Below, one piece after another: positions 42,303-56,300 of a stretch of 64,000 nucleotides of DNA. Origin of the DNA: Nitrospirales bacterium (lineage in GTDB: Bacteria > Nitrospirota > Nitrospiria > Nitrospirales > UBA8639); the NCBI GenBank assembly GCA_965203295.1, contig CBDBCZ010000018.1:2304001-2368000 (forward strand), in the 5' to 3' direction. Numbering within the stretch: position 1 is the stretch's first letter; the number at the start of each line of letters is the position of its first letter. The translations under genes were made by a program, and so were the position numbers. The notes under the pieces were generated by a model. The model did not search any database, was not told where the DNA came from, and worked only from the letters and a program-made list of their open reading frames with translations.

Positions 42303-43050
42303 ATATGCTGCACATGTATAGATTATACGACGAGGGGGAGGTAGTTACGCGATTTATTCACCGAGTGCCGAAGGCACGAGGTGTATAAATCACGTAACTA
42401 CCAACCCCGAGGCGTATAACCGACTTGTACCATGGGCATAGCAACACTGTTCTGTAGCAATGCACTGCGTTACTATAAAAGTGTCAGTAGCTAATACAGT
42501 CAGTATGAAGCTTAGCGACAGTGGATTCTGCTGCGAATGTATACCGACAACTGCGGTTTGCCTACTGCCTTCAACAAGTTCCGTTGTTCTCGCTATTCTC
42601 AGTGAGTACCAGCATCAACTTCGTCCTATAACGGTTGTACCTAGCTATCGTTTCAACGAGAAGATACTCACCCGTGACCGACGGCGCTCCAGCGCTGCTT
42701 AGTCTCGTAGCGTTGCTAGTGTTGTACTCGTCTTAGCTCCGCCCTACGCTCCACCTACCAAATTGTTCGTTCGGACCCCACTCTATACGTCATTTGTGCT
42801 TACGTATTATGCGTCATACTCCTGATTGTAAGTCATGCACGCTTGCTGCCTCATTTATGTCTGCATTGTCATTATAATAATATGACTTCCACATTACACT
42901 GTTAGTCTGTATTAAACAACATGAAAATAGCAACCTTAATTAAGTCATACCCTCAGGGCCAGGTGAATAAGAACCCAGACAGGTGAATAAGTGATTTATT
43001 GACCTGTGAGCAGTGAATGTGATTGGTCTGTTTAAACAACCATGGTACAA
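42303..43050. mobile_element. Insertion private to copy B with subterminal IRs and a 97-bp terminal hairpin
   Basis: ttgtaccatgg (42425-42435) / ccatggtacaa (43040-43050); hairpin 42323-42419 with caccGAgtgccGAAggcacGAggtg core. Absent from copies A (~25020) and C (~53215), although the empty site is not perfectly clean. Confidence 0.75.
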
Positions 43051-43459
43051 TCTCTATTATACCACAATACGTAAGTTTAAGTGCTACTGAATGACAACTC
43101 ATGATTATATTAATCTTTCACCTGCTATGTATGTACAAAGCAAGTGGTGGGGTTGAACCTTTACAAAGATTTTCAGTGGAAAGCTTTATAATGTTAATGT
43201 CAGACCGGGGAAGAACAATCTCAGGCCCTGCGAAATATTATCATCCCCTGCATCCAAACTACATGGGTAAGAGTTGACTCAATTAGTCTACCAGGCTATT
43301 AAATGCTTCGTAAAAACTCTGCTGCTGGTTGCTGGTAGTATACGTATACATCTAACATGATCAGTTGTAATTTGGCAAAAACATGCATATGTACATATCA
43401 CACATACATATGTTACTTCCCTACATACACCGTTCACAAACGGCTTTTACATACCACTT

Positions 43460-44688
43460 TTTCCAGGTCTGCTATCTTGCCATACAAGGCATCTCTCTCA
43501 GCTTGAGCTTGACTCATTAACTGTTGGTGGGCCTCCAGAACTGCTGCCTATGAAGGAGAGGTATTGGGAGAATCGTTTCAACAGCAGTAGATTCAACATG
43601 GCAGACTTGTCTCAATTGCACCCTTCTCATCTTTTCCTTTTGAGCTTCCTCCCTTTCTCTTTCAAGCCTCTCAATTTCTTCATGACCCAAAATATTCTCC
43701 CTATAGCAGCAGTATGTAGATGTAGGCTGTATCTCAATTATCGCAAATAGCTAATATGTTTGTACACGTGTTTTAGCTGTTGAAGTGGGTTATATCTTAA
43801 TTATCGTACTAATAATATGAACCTGTGTTCAAGCTGTTGCTTCAACTTTGTGATCTCTTGCTGATAGGCTGACAGCAGTGCTTTCTGTGACATGTCCTTG
43901 TTGATCTGCACAGTGTTCTTGCTACTTTTTGCCCTGAGTATTCAAGTGTGGATGTAGAAAGAGAATACTGCTAAGAAAGAACTGATAAGAAGCATGTTTT
44001 AAAAAGCGTAAAGACAAACCAATCTGAAGAAAACAGATTTAGCCAGGGTCTCTGAATACAACACTAGGTGTGCTAGTAGTGATGGCTGCCAGCAGATATG
44101 TATACAACTCAGCCGTTACTAGTATGAAATATGTACGTGAACAGACTGCTACGTATTTGCATGTAACATTTAATGGAGGATAATAATAGCATGCTTCCCT
44201 TACACCACAGTAAATTCTCATACTTCATTTTCATGGTGGGTGCAATTACGTGCAAATAAGTACTGGATACTGGTATACACGTATGTACACGCGTACCTCT
44301 GTTTTTCCAAATCTTATACTGGGTTATTGCTGCATACGTAATTCATTGCACTAATCTTATGTACATGGACAGTACCTTTTGGCAAATTTGAGTGTATTGA
44401 GTGACTATGCATACCTACGTACTAGAGACAGGTATGATGGTAGCAATGAGGGTGGTTTTGCAGTTGCCTCCAAGGCAGTCCTGCAGCAACCGTGTCAGCT
44501 TAGAATCTCAATAAGGAATATACTTCACCCCCTAGGATATGCTTGTTTCTTGAGTGCACCAAGTACCTCCAGTTTTACTACATGCAGGTACGAGCTACTG
44601 GTCATATGACACACTTCCAAGGCTGAGGATGAATGGCCATACTCTAGTAAAACCCTGGCGACTTCAGCCAGGAACTGCTCATCATCCT
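43460..44688 (-). pseudogene. Kinesin fragment, copy B
   Basis: Reverse complement of copy A exons; neck exon 43933-43823; ENILGHEEIERLEREREEAQKEK is in frame in this copy. Confidence 0.85.
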
Positions 44689-47576
44689 GAATGGAAGTAC
44701 GTAAATCAGAGTCATGCTGAAGGCTTGTGCTAGAACATAGATAAGTACCATCAGTACAACTGTCTTATTAAGCTAGAGATGTCACCAGTATTAAAATGGA
44801 GTTAGAATCTGTAAGTTATGACTATAGGCCTTGGAACGTTTTGTCTTGCTGCAGAATACGTACACAACACATGCTAGCTGCACTGTGGTTCACAGAAAAC
44901 CTATCATACGTACACATATGTATGTATGTATGTGAACGTGCTAGTGTAATACAACTTCTGGCCAGTTAGTAGCCTAACAGATGCTGTCCATGGAAGTGTA
45001 AGATATTAATAGTATCTCCACTTACTTAGTAAACCATAAACATACTGCAATGTAAAATTAGGAACAGTTAATATGTATACAGTAACCTATCCAACTATAT
45101 TGTAAACTTCAGATCTGCATATACATACATACCTCTTTCTTAGGTGTTGCTAAAAATTGCATGGCCTCTTTGACTAACCCTTCAGGGTGTATGCACGCAA
45201 CAGCCAATAAAGTACCATGCACCCATTTGAATGTGATGTGCATTAAAAACTGCCAAGTTGATAGCCTGGGCGCACATATTGTAGCCATATGTACTTTCTT
45301 GTCGTTTATAAATATCACTACTAACAGTCCACATGAACAGAGAGCAGAACTGTAGCCATGGGAAGGAAGGACAAACTACATGTATATGGAGCTGGCATAT
45401 ACCCGTACATGTAGCAAAAGTGACATACTGTTCATGCAAGTAATGGCTGCCTAGTGGAGGCAGTGTACACTACAACATTCCCAAGTCATTACATTTGGCT
45501 GATCTACTGCTGTTCATACATGTACACAGGCTTTGATTACTCTGCTCCTGGAAGCCACACTGTATGTACTGTATTGACTGGCAGACAATATAAAGAAATA
45601 ATGGGATCAACACAAGAGGGTAATTAATACAGGGTTGAATGCTTTGATACAGTTATAAATCCCTTTCTTCCTTAAATTATGTTTTGACTGTGCTTTTAAT
45701 TATACGTAATTGGTAGTGTCAGCAATTAATTTGCTTTGGAATAGGAAGATAATATCCATTCTTTGAAGCAAGTCAGACTCACTGTTTATCCCCCATGACT
45801 GAAAATCCTGTAGGTATATATCATGCATTCCTACTTCAGGCCCAGCATCATCTACGTGGACAATTAATTGCAAAATAATTTACAAGCTCAATCAGCATTA
45901 TCTCAAATTATGAAGAGTAGGCTTGAGATAAATGCTATTCTCCAATTCTTTGATTTTTATTTCAAATTATTTCTCAAATAACAGCTTTTGCTATACTGTA
46001 ACAAAAATTATTAAGTGAGCATTCTAGGAAAGACAAGTATGATGACACTAATACACCGATCACTTGATCAGACGCTATTGATACTATCATAGAGTGCTAG
46101 CTAGCCACTCGACCAAAGAAAACTATTGCCAGTTCTCTTGCATTGCCGGCGGGAGGGCAGGGCTAGCCCACTCATCTTGGCACACGCCACCAATAAACGA
46201 TGAGGTTTGCTACTACTCTAGAATCATGCTTTATGCTATTGTCTTGCTATTATTCTCAGCATAATTATTTCAAGCCTCTAATGATAAGAACCTACATGTA
46301 AATCTAGCAAGCCGTATTGTAGAGTAAAAGGTGCTATTGAAAATTCAACCACAAAGGGCTACAATGCCACATAGTTTCTTCATAAAGTGAAAGCACTATC
46401 ACCCTGTAGAAACAGTTCAGTGACAATGAATATCTTGCATGAAAACTACTTCAGTTGTGTAGCATCCCAGGTGCTATATATGCAAAGCAGTACTCAAAAG
46501 AGAATGAAGACTGTACTACACTACGTAGCTAGCATGTTTGTAGTTCACTGCTTCTGTGCAGTTGCTTATAATATATACTCATGTGGCGGCCATAACGCTT
46601 ATATCATTGACCACGCACCCACATACGCAGGCGGAGCTTGCAAGACCTCTAGTCAGAGGACGAGAGAAAGAGCAACCAGATGTTTTATTAATTAACCAGT
46701 ACCATCCTGATTGCCATATAATTTATTCTTCCAGATTAATAGTATAAACTCTTAACTACAGTCACTAATACTGAGCATGAACATTTGTTTGTGGGTGGAT
46801 AGATAGAGGTACTGATTGCTAGAATACTACAAAGGTTCTCACCACTATCCCAGGGGCTTGGGAAGATGTTTCGGAATACGGGGGCTGGTGCAAGAGGCTG
46901 CACAGCGGCAGATAGTGTTTCCACACAGTGCAGAAAAAAAAATTGGGACTGATTTGGCAGCTACAAAGAAACAGCAGTGACACTGTATGAGCGCCACGGA
47001 GCAGGGGTGAAAAAAGACTGACTATGCCTCTGGGCTACCATATCTATGCAAGAACACAACAGTTGTACAGTGCAGACGAATATATTATGGATCATATATA
47101 CTAACCATACAATAATAGACTAGTTATGGCTAGGTATCATCAATTAATGCATGAAATGAAATCACATTCCTGTGTTATGCAATACTTCACCAGCAACAAT
47201 TCAATATCACAATACATAATACATAAAAACATACCCAACAAGCTCCTTTAGTTCCTTCAATCGGTCAGTGTAGTACACCACAGCTGTAAGATATGATAGA
47301 TCACTTATCTATATATTCTTTGGGCAACTTCTTAATACTACAGCCTTATGATGTGTGTGTGTATACGTAGCATCGTTACCAGTCTCCACTCCCCACTTTT
47401 ATGCACCTATAATAAAATCTGTGTGGCTATACAACAGTAACAATAATATCTCTGAAGCAATTTTAGTCAGTTGCAAAAAAAAGATAAAGCTGCAGGAAGT
47501 AGTAGCTACTACATAACTGCCAACCCTAAGCTGACTCAAAAATGTAAATAAATTGCACTGTGCATTCGTATTTTTA

Positions 47577-47637
47577 TAGGGCTAGGGTTAGGATAAGGGT
47601 TAGAGTTCGGTTTGGGGCTAGGGTTAGATAGTGTTAG
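47577..47637 (+). repeat. Degenerate TTAGGG-like hexamer tract
   Basis: tagggctagggttaggataagggttagagttcggtttggggctagggttagatagtgttag. Confidence 0.6.
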
Positions 47638-47776
47638 CACTGTGCAGCTCATAGATTTATACAATGGTAACAGATTATTTTTATAAAATAGCACTGATTC
47701 ACAAAATGCGGCCAATACACGTACATGCCTATATATGTATGTAAATATACATACTAACCTGTACACATTTACTCAC

Positions 47777-48416
47777 TCGGACCTAATACGTATGCTGGAT
47801 AATTAAATCGCAAGATACAACCTGGATTGGAGCCGGTTTATCTAATAATAAACTTGGTCATTGTACTATGAAGTATGAATACAGTAGTACGCACCATTCA
47901 GTAGATTCCACAATGATGGAAATTCCTACCTGTTCTGCAGTACGTGTATTTCTTCACTCTGGGTCTCCATGTTATAGCAGCATACCGTCTGCGTAGAACC
48001 TGCATTAATAGTGAGATTCACAATCAGTATTATACATATGAGCAAGTACAACTCTATGTTATGGTGAGCTGTATTGTAGAAGTGGAACTATGTACACCAT
48101 TCTCCATATACTTGATCTGAGGTATAGGCCTAAAGAAATGTACATGAAACCATCTATGATGAATCGCACAATTCATGGTCAAGTAGATGATATCCATTCC
48201 TATAATTGCACAGCTGTCGTGATGCCGCTTTAGTTTACCACTCCCACAAGCTGTTGTCCTGACATGCATAGTCTACATACCGCGTCAGCTTGCGCACTAC
48301 AGCGCTAGCTAGTAGTCTATATAATGTGTTCAACCAGATACTTATGCCAGTATGCCACTCAAATAATCCCGGTCTCCTTCATTAAAAATGTGGCTTGGGG
48401 CTGGGAATATAGGATC
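47777..48416 (-). other. Possible small exons of an unidentified gene head-to-head with RCL1
   Basis: AG/GT-bounded segments near 48129-48098 and 47999-47930 splice in frame to PIPQIKYMENGSTQTVCCYNMETQSEEIHVLQN; flanking candidate exons contain stops; no family recognised. Confidence 0.3.
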
Positions 48417-49089
48417 TAAAAAAAAACAGAACCACCCCACATATCGACTCACGCAAAGACGCGAGGAGAGCACACTGCCTCTGGCATGGGACATGTACTG
48501 CGTAGAGATGAACTGGGGGTGTGGCTGCCGATGTTGAGCCACACTCTAAGCTTTTACCACGTGGTGCGGTGTCAGATGGGCCCCAGATCGAAGTTATTGA
48601 CTTTCGAAGGCTGTACCTACTTTCGGCAGCGACTAGTACTATCTACACTCAGCTCTCGACCAGTGAGGATAGCTAGAGTACGAGGAGATGCAGATGAACC
48701 AGGACTAAGAGGTCTGAGTATATACACTGAAGGTAGTTTACCCACTAAATTTACTACCCAAGGTTTCATACAACTGGGGGAAACTGTACGGGTGAGTGGG
48801 TGGGGGTAGTGAATAAATTATCAAATTATAGTTGCCTAGAGGAATATTTTTTAATCAGCTGTGTCCAGTGATGTTGAAGAAATTATTCTAGGCTCAGGTC
48901 ATTGTGGTGGTAGTCTTGCAGGCGAGACTCACTGAGCCTGAAGGTCGTTGCTTTAATGTCTTGTGCAAGCCATAATTTACAAGGAGCTACTCTAGTCTGC
49001 AGTACCTGCTCCGACGATCATTCTGTGCAATTTTTGCAAAGCTTGCAGTTTGTATACGTAATAGCATGGGTTGCTGTGCAATTTAGGAT

Positions 49090-49182
49090 GAATTGCACAA
49101 GTAATGCAACCAGGAAGGAATCAATTGCATGAGGCAAAGCCGAGTGCTATTTACCTTCCTGGTTGCATTACGAGTGCAATTC
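49090..49182 (+). repeat. Imperfect hairpin of about 93 bp in RCL1 intron 1
   Basis: gaattgcac..gtaatgcaaccaggaagg...gcatGAggcAAAgccGAgtgc...ccttcctggttgcattac..gtgcaattc. Confidence 0.85.
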
Positions 49183-50025
49183 CAAGTGAATAGTGCATTT
49201 GGAAGAACATCTGAGTTGTAATAAATTTGGACAGGGTGTAACAGCAATCACACTTATTTCGGAATACGTGATCAGTAGGTTCCTTGTTCATGTATGAAGC
49301 CATCGAGATGGCAGGTTATGGCCTTGTGTACACTTCACTTTTGTGAGCTCTGCCAGCTGTTTAAGTAATCTGCCAAGAGAACGGTTTTTCAACACAAGCA
49401 CTACAGTCATCTTTGCTTCCGAACACTTTAGGACCGTTGCTTTAATATGCTAGGGAGCCTGTTGGTACTACATGTAGCTGCTAGTCAGATATGTGTAGCT
49501 TATACTCTGCACTGATGAACAGATGTTTTCAGTATATAAGCCCACCATTTACACATGTAGTAAAGCTGCATATAAAGAGCTTGCTCCTGTGGTTTTATTT
49601 GATCTACAGCGCTTGAAGCAGGACTTCTAGACAAACTCACAAATGGTTCCAGGTTTGAAGTCAATGAAACAGATAAGGTTGCTGGTATATAATAATTTTT
49701 GTGTGTTTGATCTGCTGTTATTATGGTCTCCACTGTTTTTCCCAAAAACGGCTGGCAGTGGAGACTGGGAACGAGGGGTAATTACACTTCCAGTAAAGTT
49801 GTCTTTAGTAAATATTTTGTACATGTATATATGTATGTTTGGCTACAAAAAATAAATATCAGATTCTAGTTTCTCATCTACAGTATTTCTGTCGAAATTA
49901 GACTCTGTCACACTAAGTTATGCAATGGGTCATATCCGTTAGTGTGAATATACAGCATATCTATCCGTATGTACGTAAGTGAGTAGACATGTCAACTTTC
50001 GCCATGTGTTAGTCATCTATGATAT

Positions 50026-50080
50026 TAGCCTCGTTCCCCTTCACTCAAAGGGCCCTTTACGAGGCCAGGGTACGAGGCTA
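50026..50080. mobile_element. 55-bp Academ-like mini-MITE
   Basis: tagcctcgttccc...gggtacgaggcta; TSD ctatgatat / ctaagatat (8/9). Confidence 0.75.
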
Positions 50081-51057
50081 CTAAGATATCATCAATGAGG
50101 CTGTAATGAGAGAGTGAGAACGTGGTGACTCTCACTCTTTGCTGTGAGCATCCTCACTCTGTGTGGTTTGCTGCATCAGGGAACTGAGAGCTCCAATGAC
50201 TTGCCTGAAGTAGCAATTGTATTCTTTGTACCCAGCCCTCCCTGCATTTCTCACCTGCTATTTTTTTGATTGCAGGTGAAAAAGGCTTGGAGTACTGGGT
50301 GCGAGTTAATGTTTTCTGTTGCAATCAATTCAAATATCTACCTTAGCTTGCTTATATATATGTTCATGAAGTAATTCTTACTGGGGTCACAAACATCTTC
50401 ATACTGTAGGTAATAGTGTGTTCTACCATCCTGGATTACTAGTGGGAGGGAAATTGTAGTATGACTGCCGCTGTCAGCGATCGATTGGGTACTTCTTGGA
50501 GCCTCTGATGATGCTGGCTCCTTTTGCGAAATCTTCTGTTTGTGTCACACTTAGAGGTTAGGCTAACCAGTGGACCAGATGAGTGAGTACATACATGCTG
50601 TACATGTTATACCTCCTCCTCAAACAGCTTGTAATTGAGTATAGTGTCGGGGTCCACACGAGGAACTGAGAGAAGCTATGAGTCCTCTGGTGTTACCAGA
50701 AAGTAACCTGAATCACACTTGAGAGCCTGCATGTATGGCCAGCCTCTCTGCCCGGAATATACATGTGCCAAGGGCCTCTCATCAGTGGCACACACTTGAT
50801 TTCTATACCTACGTATACATGTATTTCACAGGTGGACTACTACCGGATGTGTGTCCTACCACTCTTGAAGAAAATCCTACCAGTTGGTGAAGTTGAGCTG
50901 AAGGTACTACTTACATGTATATTAGATATTTATGACTAGTGCATGTCCTGTGAGCTGTTTGGAAGACTGTGTATTATTAAACTACTTATGAAGTAGGTGT
51001 ATATGGTGGGCAAGCAGAGATGCAGGTAATGAATCACTACTTGGGCATGCATGGTGC

Positions 51058-51396
51058 AATATAGAGTTTTCATTGACATCATCCGCATGTAGAAACTGTT
51101 ACCAGGGCGTCATTTTGGTGGGCAGTAAAAGTACATAGCCATACTCATAAACATCGGAAGTTACTCTCGTACTCGTAGTCTAGATGGCAGATCCACTCAA
51201 TTTATCCCGCCTGAAACTTCCTCACAGCGATAGTGGAGATACTGAATGCGTAAGTTCCCAGCAGCTCTTGTTTCTGAGATCACTGTTTGACATGCCAATC
51301 TAGTCGTACTTTGAGCAAAAATGGGCATAAACGGAACGTGACACGGATATACTACTGGAGCATGTGATCTGTGACGACACGTGAAAACTCTCTATT
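51058..51396. mobile_element. TIR MITE, superfamily not determined
   Basis: aatatagagttttca / tgaaaactctctatt (1 mismatch). Confidence 0.5.
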
Positions 51397-51985
51397 ATGG
51401 CAGCAGCCGCAGCTGCATGCTCACTAAAAATGGATAATGATGTGAAAACCAAAATGTGAATAACTTTTCACTTTTAGTTTGAAGCCTGTTGGTCCAAAAG
51501 ATCTCATCTTAGAATACATGTACATGTACGTGTATGTGTGATGCTACAAAGAAATTTAAGTACATGCCTATACTGAAAAAAAGCAGAATCCATAAGAAGC
51601 AGAAAGAATATAAGATTTTGAAGAACAGAGGTACGCATGTACATACGTATATACCAGTATCCAGTACTTATTTTTACGTAATTACACCCACAACGAAAAA
51701 TTACCATGAGAATTTACTCTGGTGTAAGGGAAGCATGCTATTATTATTCTCCAATTAATGTTACATGCAAATATGTAGCAGCCTGTTCACGTACATATTT
51801 CATACTAGGAACAGTTGAGTTGTGTACATATCTGCTGGCAGCCATCACTACTAGCACACCTAGTGTTGTATTCAGAGTCAGTGGCTAAATCTGCATTCTT
51901 TACACTTATTAAAACAGTTGATTATGCTTCATATCAGTTCTTTCTTAGCTGTATTCTCTTTCTATATCCACACTTGAATACTCAG

Positions 51986-53362
51986 GGCAAAAAGTATCAA
52001 GAACACTGCGCAGATCAACAAGGACATGTCACAGAAAGCATTGCTGTCAGCCTATCAGCAAGAGATGACAAAGTTGAAGCAACAACCTGAACACAGGTTC
52101 GTACTGTTAGTACGATATTACCCACCTCAACAGCTAGAACACGTGTACAAACATACTAGCTATTTGCGATAATTGAGATACAGCCTACATCTACATATTG
52201 CTTCTATAGGGAGAATACTTTGGGTCATGAAGAAATTGAGAGGCTTGTAAGAGAAAGGGAGGAAGCTCAAAAGGAAAAAAATGAGAAGGGTGGAATTGAG
52301 ACAAGTCTGCCGTGCTGAATCTACTGCTGTTGAAACGATTCTCCCAATACCTCTCCTTCATAGGCAGCAGTTCTGGAGGCCCACCAACAGCTAATGAGTC
52401 AGCTCAAGCTGAGAGAGATGCCTTGTATGGCAAGATAGCAGACCTGGAAAAAGTGTTATGTAAAAGCCATTTGTGATTGATGTATGTAGAGAAGTAACAT
52501 ACGTATGTGTGATATGTACATATGCATGTTTTGCTAGATTACAGCTGATCATGTTAGATGTATACATATACTACCAGCAACCAACTGCAGAGTTTTCACG
52601 AACCATTTACTAGCCTGGTAGACTAATTGAGTCAACTCTTACCCATGCAGTTTGGATACACAATAATATAGCAATTGTCTTCTTAAATTTTCAGTTTCTT
52701 CATGGTGGCAGCTAGTAGAGACATTAGTGAGTCTGAAGTGTTCCAAAAAGCTGTCCAAATGGTGAGACTTGTAAATGATTATATTACATTTGAACTTATT
52801 TCCCTTTCCTTTGCTGCTACTAGGCAAAAGATCGGATTAGACATGAATCTGAGTCACAGTTAGAGCGCAGTCTTGCTGAATTGGAAGCTGAAAAGAAAGG
52901 TTATCTTACATTGTACTGTTACCCAAATACCTTGCAAATCTGTACATACAGGGGATGATAGTATTTCGCAGGGCCTGAGATTGTTCTTGACATTAACATT
53001 ATAAAGCTGTCCACTGCAAATCTTTGTAAAGGTTCAACCCCACCACTTGCTATGTACATACATAGCACATGAAAGATTGATATAATCATGAGTTGTCATT
53101 AATTGCACATGCACTAAACTAGTCTATCCCAAGAATTATATGATAAACACCTACAACAACTCCATTAATAACCAGTAGCACTTAAATTTATGTATCGTAG
53201 TATAATAGAGAATGTGGAGCGGATTACAATACAATCACACATCACTCTACATATTTCACTGTACATTCACAAAGGCTGCAAGATTAGTGTGGAGAGGTGG
53301 AGAAAGAGAGGGAGTACTTTACCAAGCTAAGGGAAGAATTGCGGCCTGGAGATGGACAGAAG
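51986..53362 (+). pseudogene. Kinesin fragment, copy C (neck and coiled-coil exons)
   Basis: 51986-52096 RAKSIKNTAQINKDMSQKALLSAYQQE; extra exon ~52824-52899 AKDRIRHESESQLERSLAELEAEKK absent from A and B. Confidence 0.8.
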
Positions 53363-56300
53363 GTGGAGTGCATGGTGCAGACTCACAATACTAAATCAAC
53401 TGACTAAACTAGAGCTGGCATGGGCCAAAGAAATTGGGTACAATTTTTTTTTGCGGCCAGCATACCCAGGTGAAAAAAGACTTTTACCACAATAAATCTT
53501 ATAGTAAAGGAAAAACATATGGAGGGATGGAAAAAGACCATTTCGACCAACTATTAAGTTAATAACAGCACAGTTCTTAGCTAATCATATGTACAGATGA
53601 TAAATAAACGGTAACCTTTTGCTCATACTAAAATCACAAACCTTACAATTTGAGTCCAGCTCTTGGCTTTGACTCCGCAGATCCAAGCCCTTCTCAGGTA
53701 GCACAAGCCCTCAACAAGTACAGATAGAACTACCATGAACTGTGGAAATTTTTGGTCAGCTTTGCCAGCAGCTGTGATATTGCTACCAGCTGTACTACTT
53801 TAAAGCTCCCGCTGCAGCACTCTGGTAACCAATCACAGCCTAACCACCATGGCTAGCACCAGCGCTGGAACGACTACAATGCCTAACATGGGAACACACC
53901 ATTCATTGCATTCAAATGATAGAAAATACAATGATACCGGTATATATTGTCAAAGTATGATAGCATTATCTGTATACATGTACCGTCATAACTACTGTTG
54001 CATTGTATGTGTAGGCACATACTCACACTGTATGTGCATACATATACGTACGTAATATACCCTCTACTTCAAGGATTCTGCAAAGTTAAACAGTGTAATA
54101 GTAAGTATCTTAATCAGCCAATTCACGACATTCAACATTGGGGTTTACAGGAACACCTACGTTCTTTTCTCTTAATTTCACTGTGCATATGAATACTGTG
54201 TTTCCGCGAATAGACGCTGCCCTTCATTAGTAGCCACCGCTATTTTGCCTTCATAAGGTAGCGATCCAGCTCTGAAGACTGTGTGATTGAATATGATCTG
54301 AATATCTAGCTGTTTTGGAAGTACGTACATGCTCTTCCAGTTCCTCTATATTCAAGTCTCCCTTCCATGTTTTTTTTGTCTGAAACAGAGACTGCAGGGA
54401 GTGGACACTGCATCTGTGCCAAAATGTCTCATCTGTTGTTATGTTAACTACAATTGTACTTCAGAATGTAGGCATGTCTGTACTGTTGCTGGGTTTCTGT
54501 CTCACAGATCGTCATGTCCCTCTTCCTGCCGGCTATAGTTTACAAAGCTTTTGAGGCCGGAGGAGTGAGCCCCCTTAGCGCTTATTCACTGCACACCCAT
54601 AATATTCATCTGGTCAGTGAGTTGTACGTATACCGGTATGTACATTCATGGTATTAACACTTGAGTAGCTGTGTTTAAACAGGAGTGCACTGGTTAGATG
54701 TATACATATTTATGTAATCATCATCATCATCAGGTAAGTACATTCCTGTTTACTTCTTTTTTCTCAATCTGGTAATTTTTTTTGTCAGGGCAGCTATAGA
54801 ATTAACCGCATCATTGTAGGGCATGTGTATAGTATGTGTATGCTCCATTTTGTAAGAAGATATGTGCAGAATCATAGTAATACATTTACAAACACCATTA
54901 AATACATACTGTAGTTAAATTGATAAGCTGAAAAGTGAGTTAGTTTTAAAACGGCTACGTTTCAGTTCACTTAAAGTTGCTATCAATATCAATCTAATGG
55001 AGAGCTCATCTGCTTCACGTTCCCTAGCAGTGTTCGACCAGTCCTCAAGGACCCATACTTAGCAGATTACAAACCATTCATTTACTTGTAGCACCTTGTA
55101 TTATACACGTAGCTAACTATTCTCACTTGTCATGCTATTGTCAATCAACCTGGCAATGCACAGTAGCCTTCCTCATATAGTATGCATGTACAATTTTTCA
55201 CTCTGATGTTCACTCTCTTTTTTTGCCTAGACCCTGTTCATCATTCTCCTTGGATCCAAGCCTTGTAGGCTCGCAGCGGAGCCTCTATGAAAATCACCGA
55301 TGCTCTCTAGTGAGTGCCAGTGAATACTCAGGGTCAGTGTAGTATAGGGTACACAGGCTGCCCCTACATTGCTTTGGATGTGAATTGCAGTTAAAAACTG
55401 AACAGCGGAGTAGCAGTTTGTGATAAGATTGCATTTGGGAGTTCAAAAGTACCATTGAATGGTCTTCCTATGCCCTAACCAAAGAATGTTTTCCAGAAAT
55501 GATAGATTGCAATCTTTCATTTTCCTATCCACAAATTTTGTAGTTAGGGCTTCTCCACAGTATTCTCCACAGCATCCCTGGAGTGTATAGCTTCATTACA
55601 AATTTCAGAGGATTTACAGGAGCATTTTAGGCTGCCTATTCTTCAACCATCACAGCTTCATGTTACTGCTATCTATGGTATATTACATGAAAATACAATG
55701 TATCATATGTAAATTGATGTTTGCATGATGAAGGTTGCATTGAGAGAGGGTTATTTTATATGAAACATGCCACGCATGAACGGTAAGCACTAAGTAGAGT
55801 AATGAAGTACACGTAACTCTCTCCCAGCTATGGGATACACATACATACGTATGCGCCCGTATAATATAGGGGAAAGTATGTACTGTATATATCTTGACAT
55901 CTGATATATAAAATGCATCAACATTGTCATTGAAATGTTAAGCTTCTGTGTAGACATCAGGCACGCTGTGTATGCCAGGCAGTTTTGCGCGATGAACCTA
56001 TATTATAATAGCCCCATACCTGCATGCTGGATTGCAGCTATGTAATTTACCTGAGTCTCTAACGTGCAGCAGGTCATCTACATCAAGTAGTTAATCCTTT
56101 TAAATTTGGTCCACCTGGAGCCAGATTTCGGAACAAGAACATGTGCCTGTATCAACCTCTTTAGAAAATACCATAATAACACTCTTTTTATGTTAGATTT
56201 CAACCTCCATTTATTACAAAACCCCTGTACTACATTAATCAATGTTTGTAAGTCCTCAGCATTAGGAGTTAAACCTACAAAATCATCGGCAAACATTAGA

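Larger units (their letters stand above)
48576..50903 (+). pseudogene. RCL1: RNA 3'-terminal phosphate cyclase-like protein, 5' half only, disabled
   Basis: Exons 48576-48711 (MGPRSKLLTFEGCTYFRQRLVLSTLSSRPVRI...PGLR), 49610-49672 (LLDKLTNGSRFEVNET; donor is ATaagg), 50410-50556 (YHPGLLVGGKL*YDC...IGYFLEPLMMLAPF; TAG at 50457-50459), 50832-50903 (VDYYRMCVLPLLKK...ELK). Later exons are absent before copy C begins. Confidence 0.92.

Noticed and set aside
47577..47637. True telomere or chromosome fusion site
   Set aside because: Short, degenerate and single orientation; more likely internal to a repeat.
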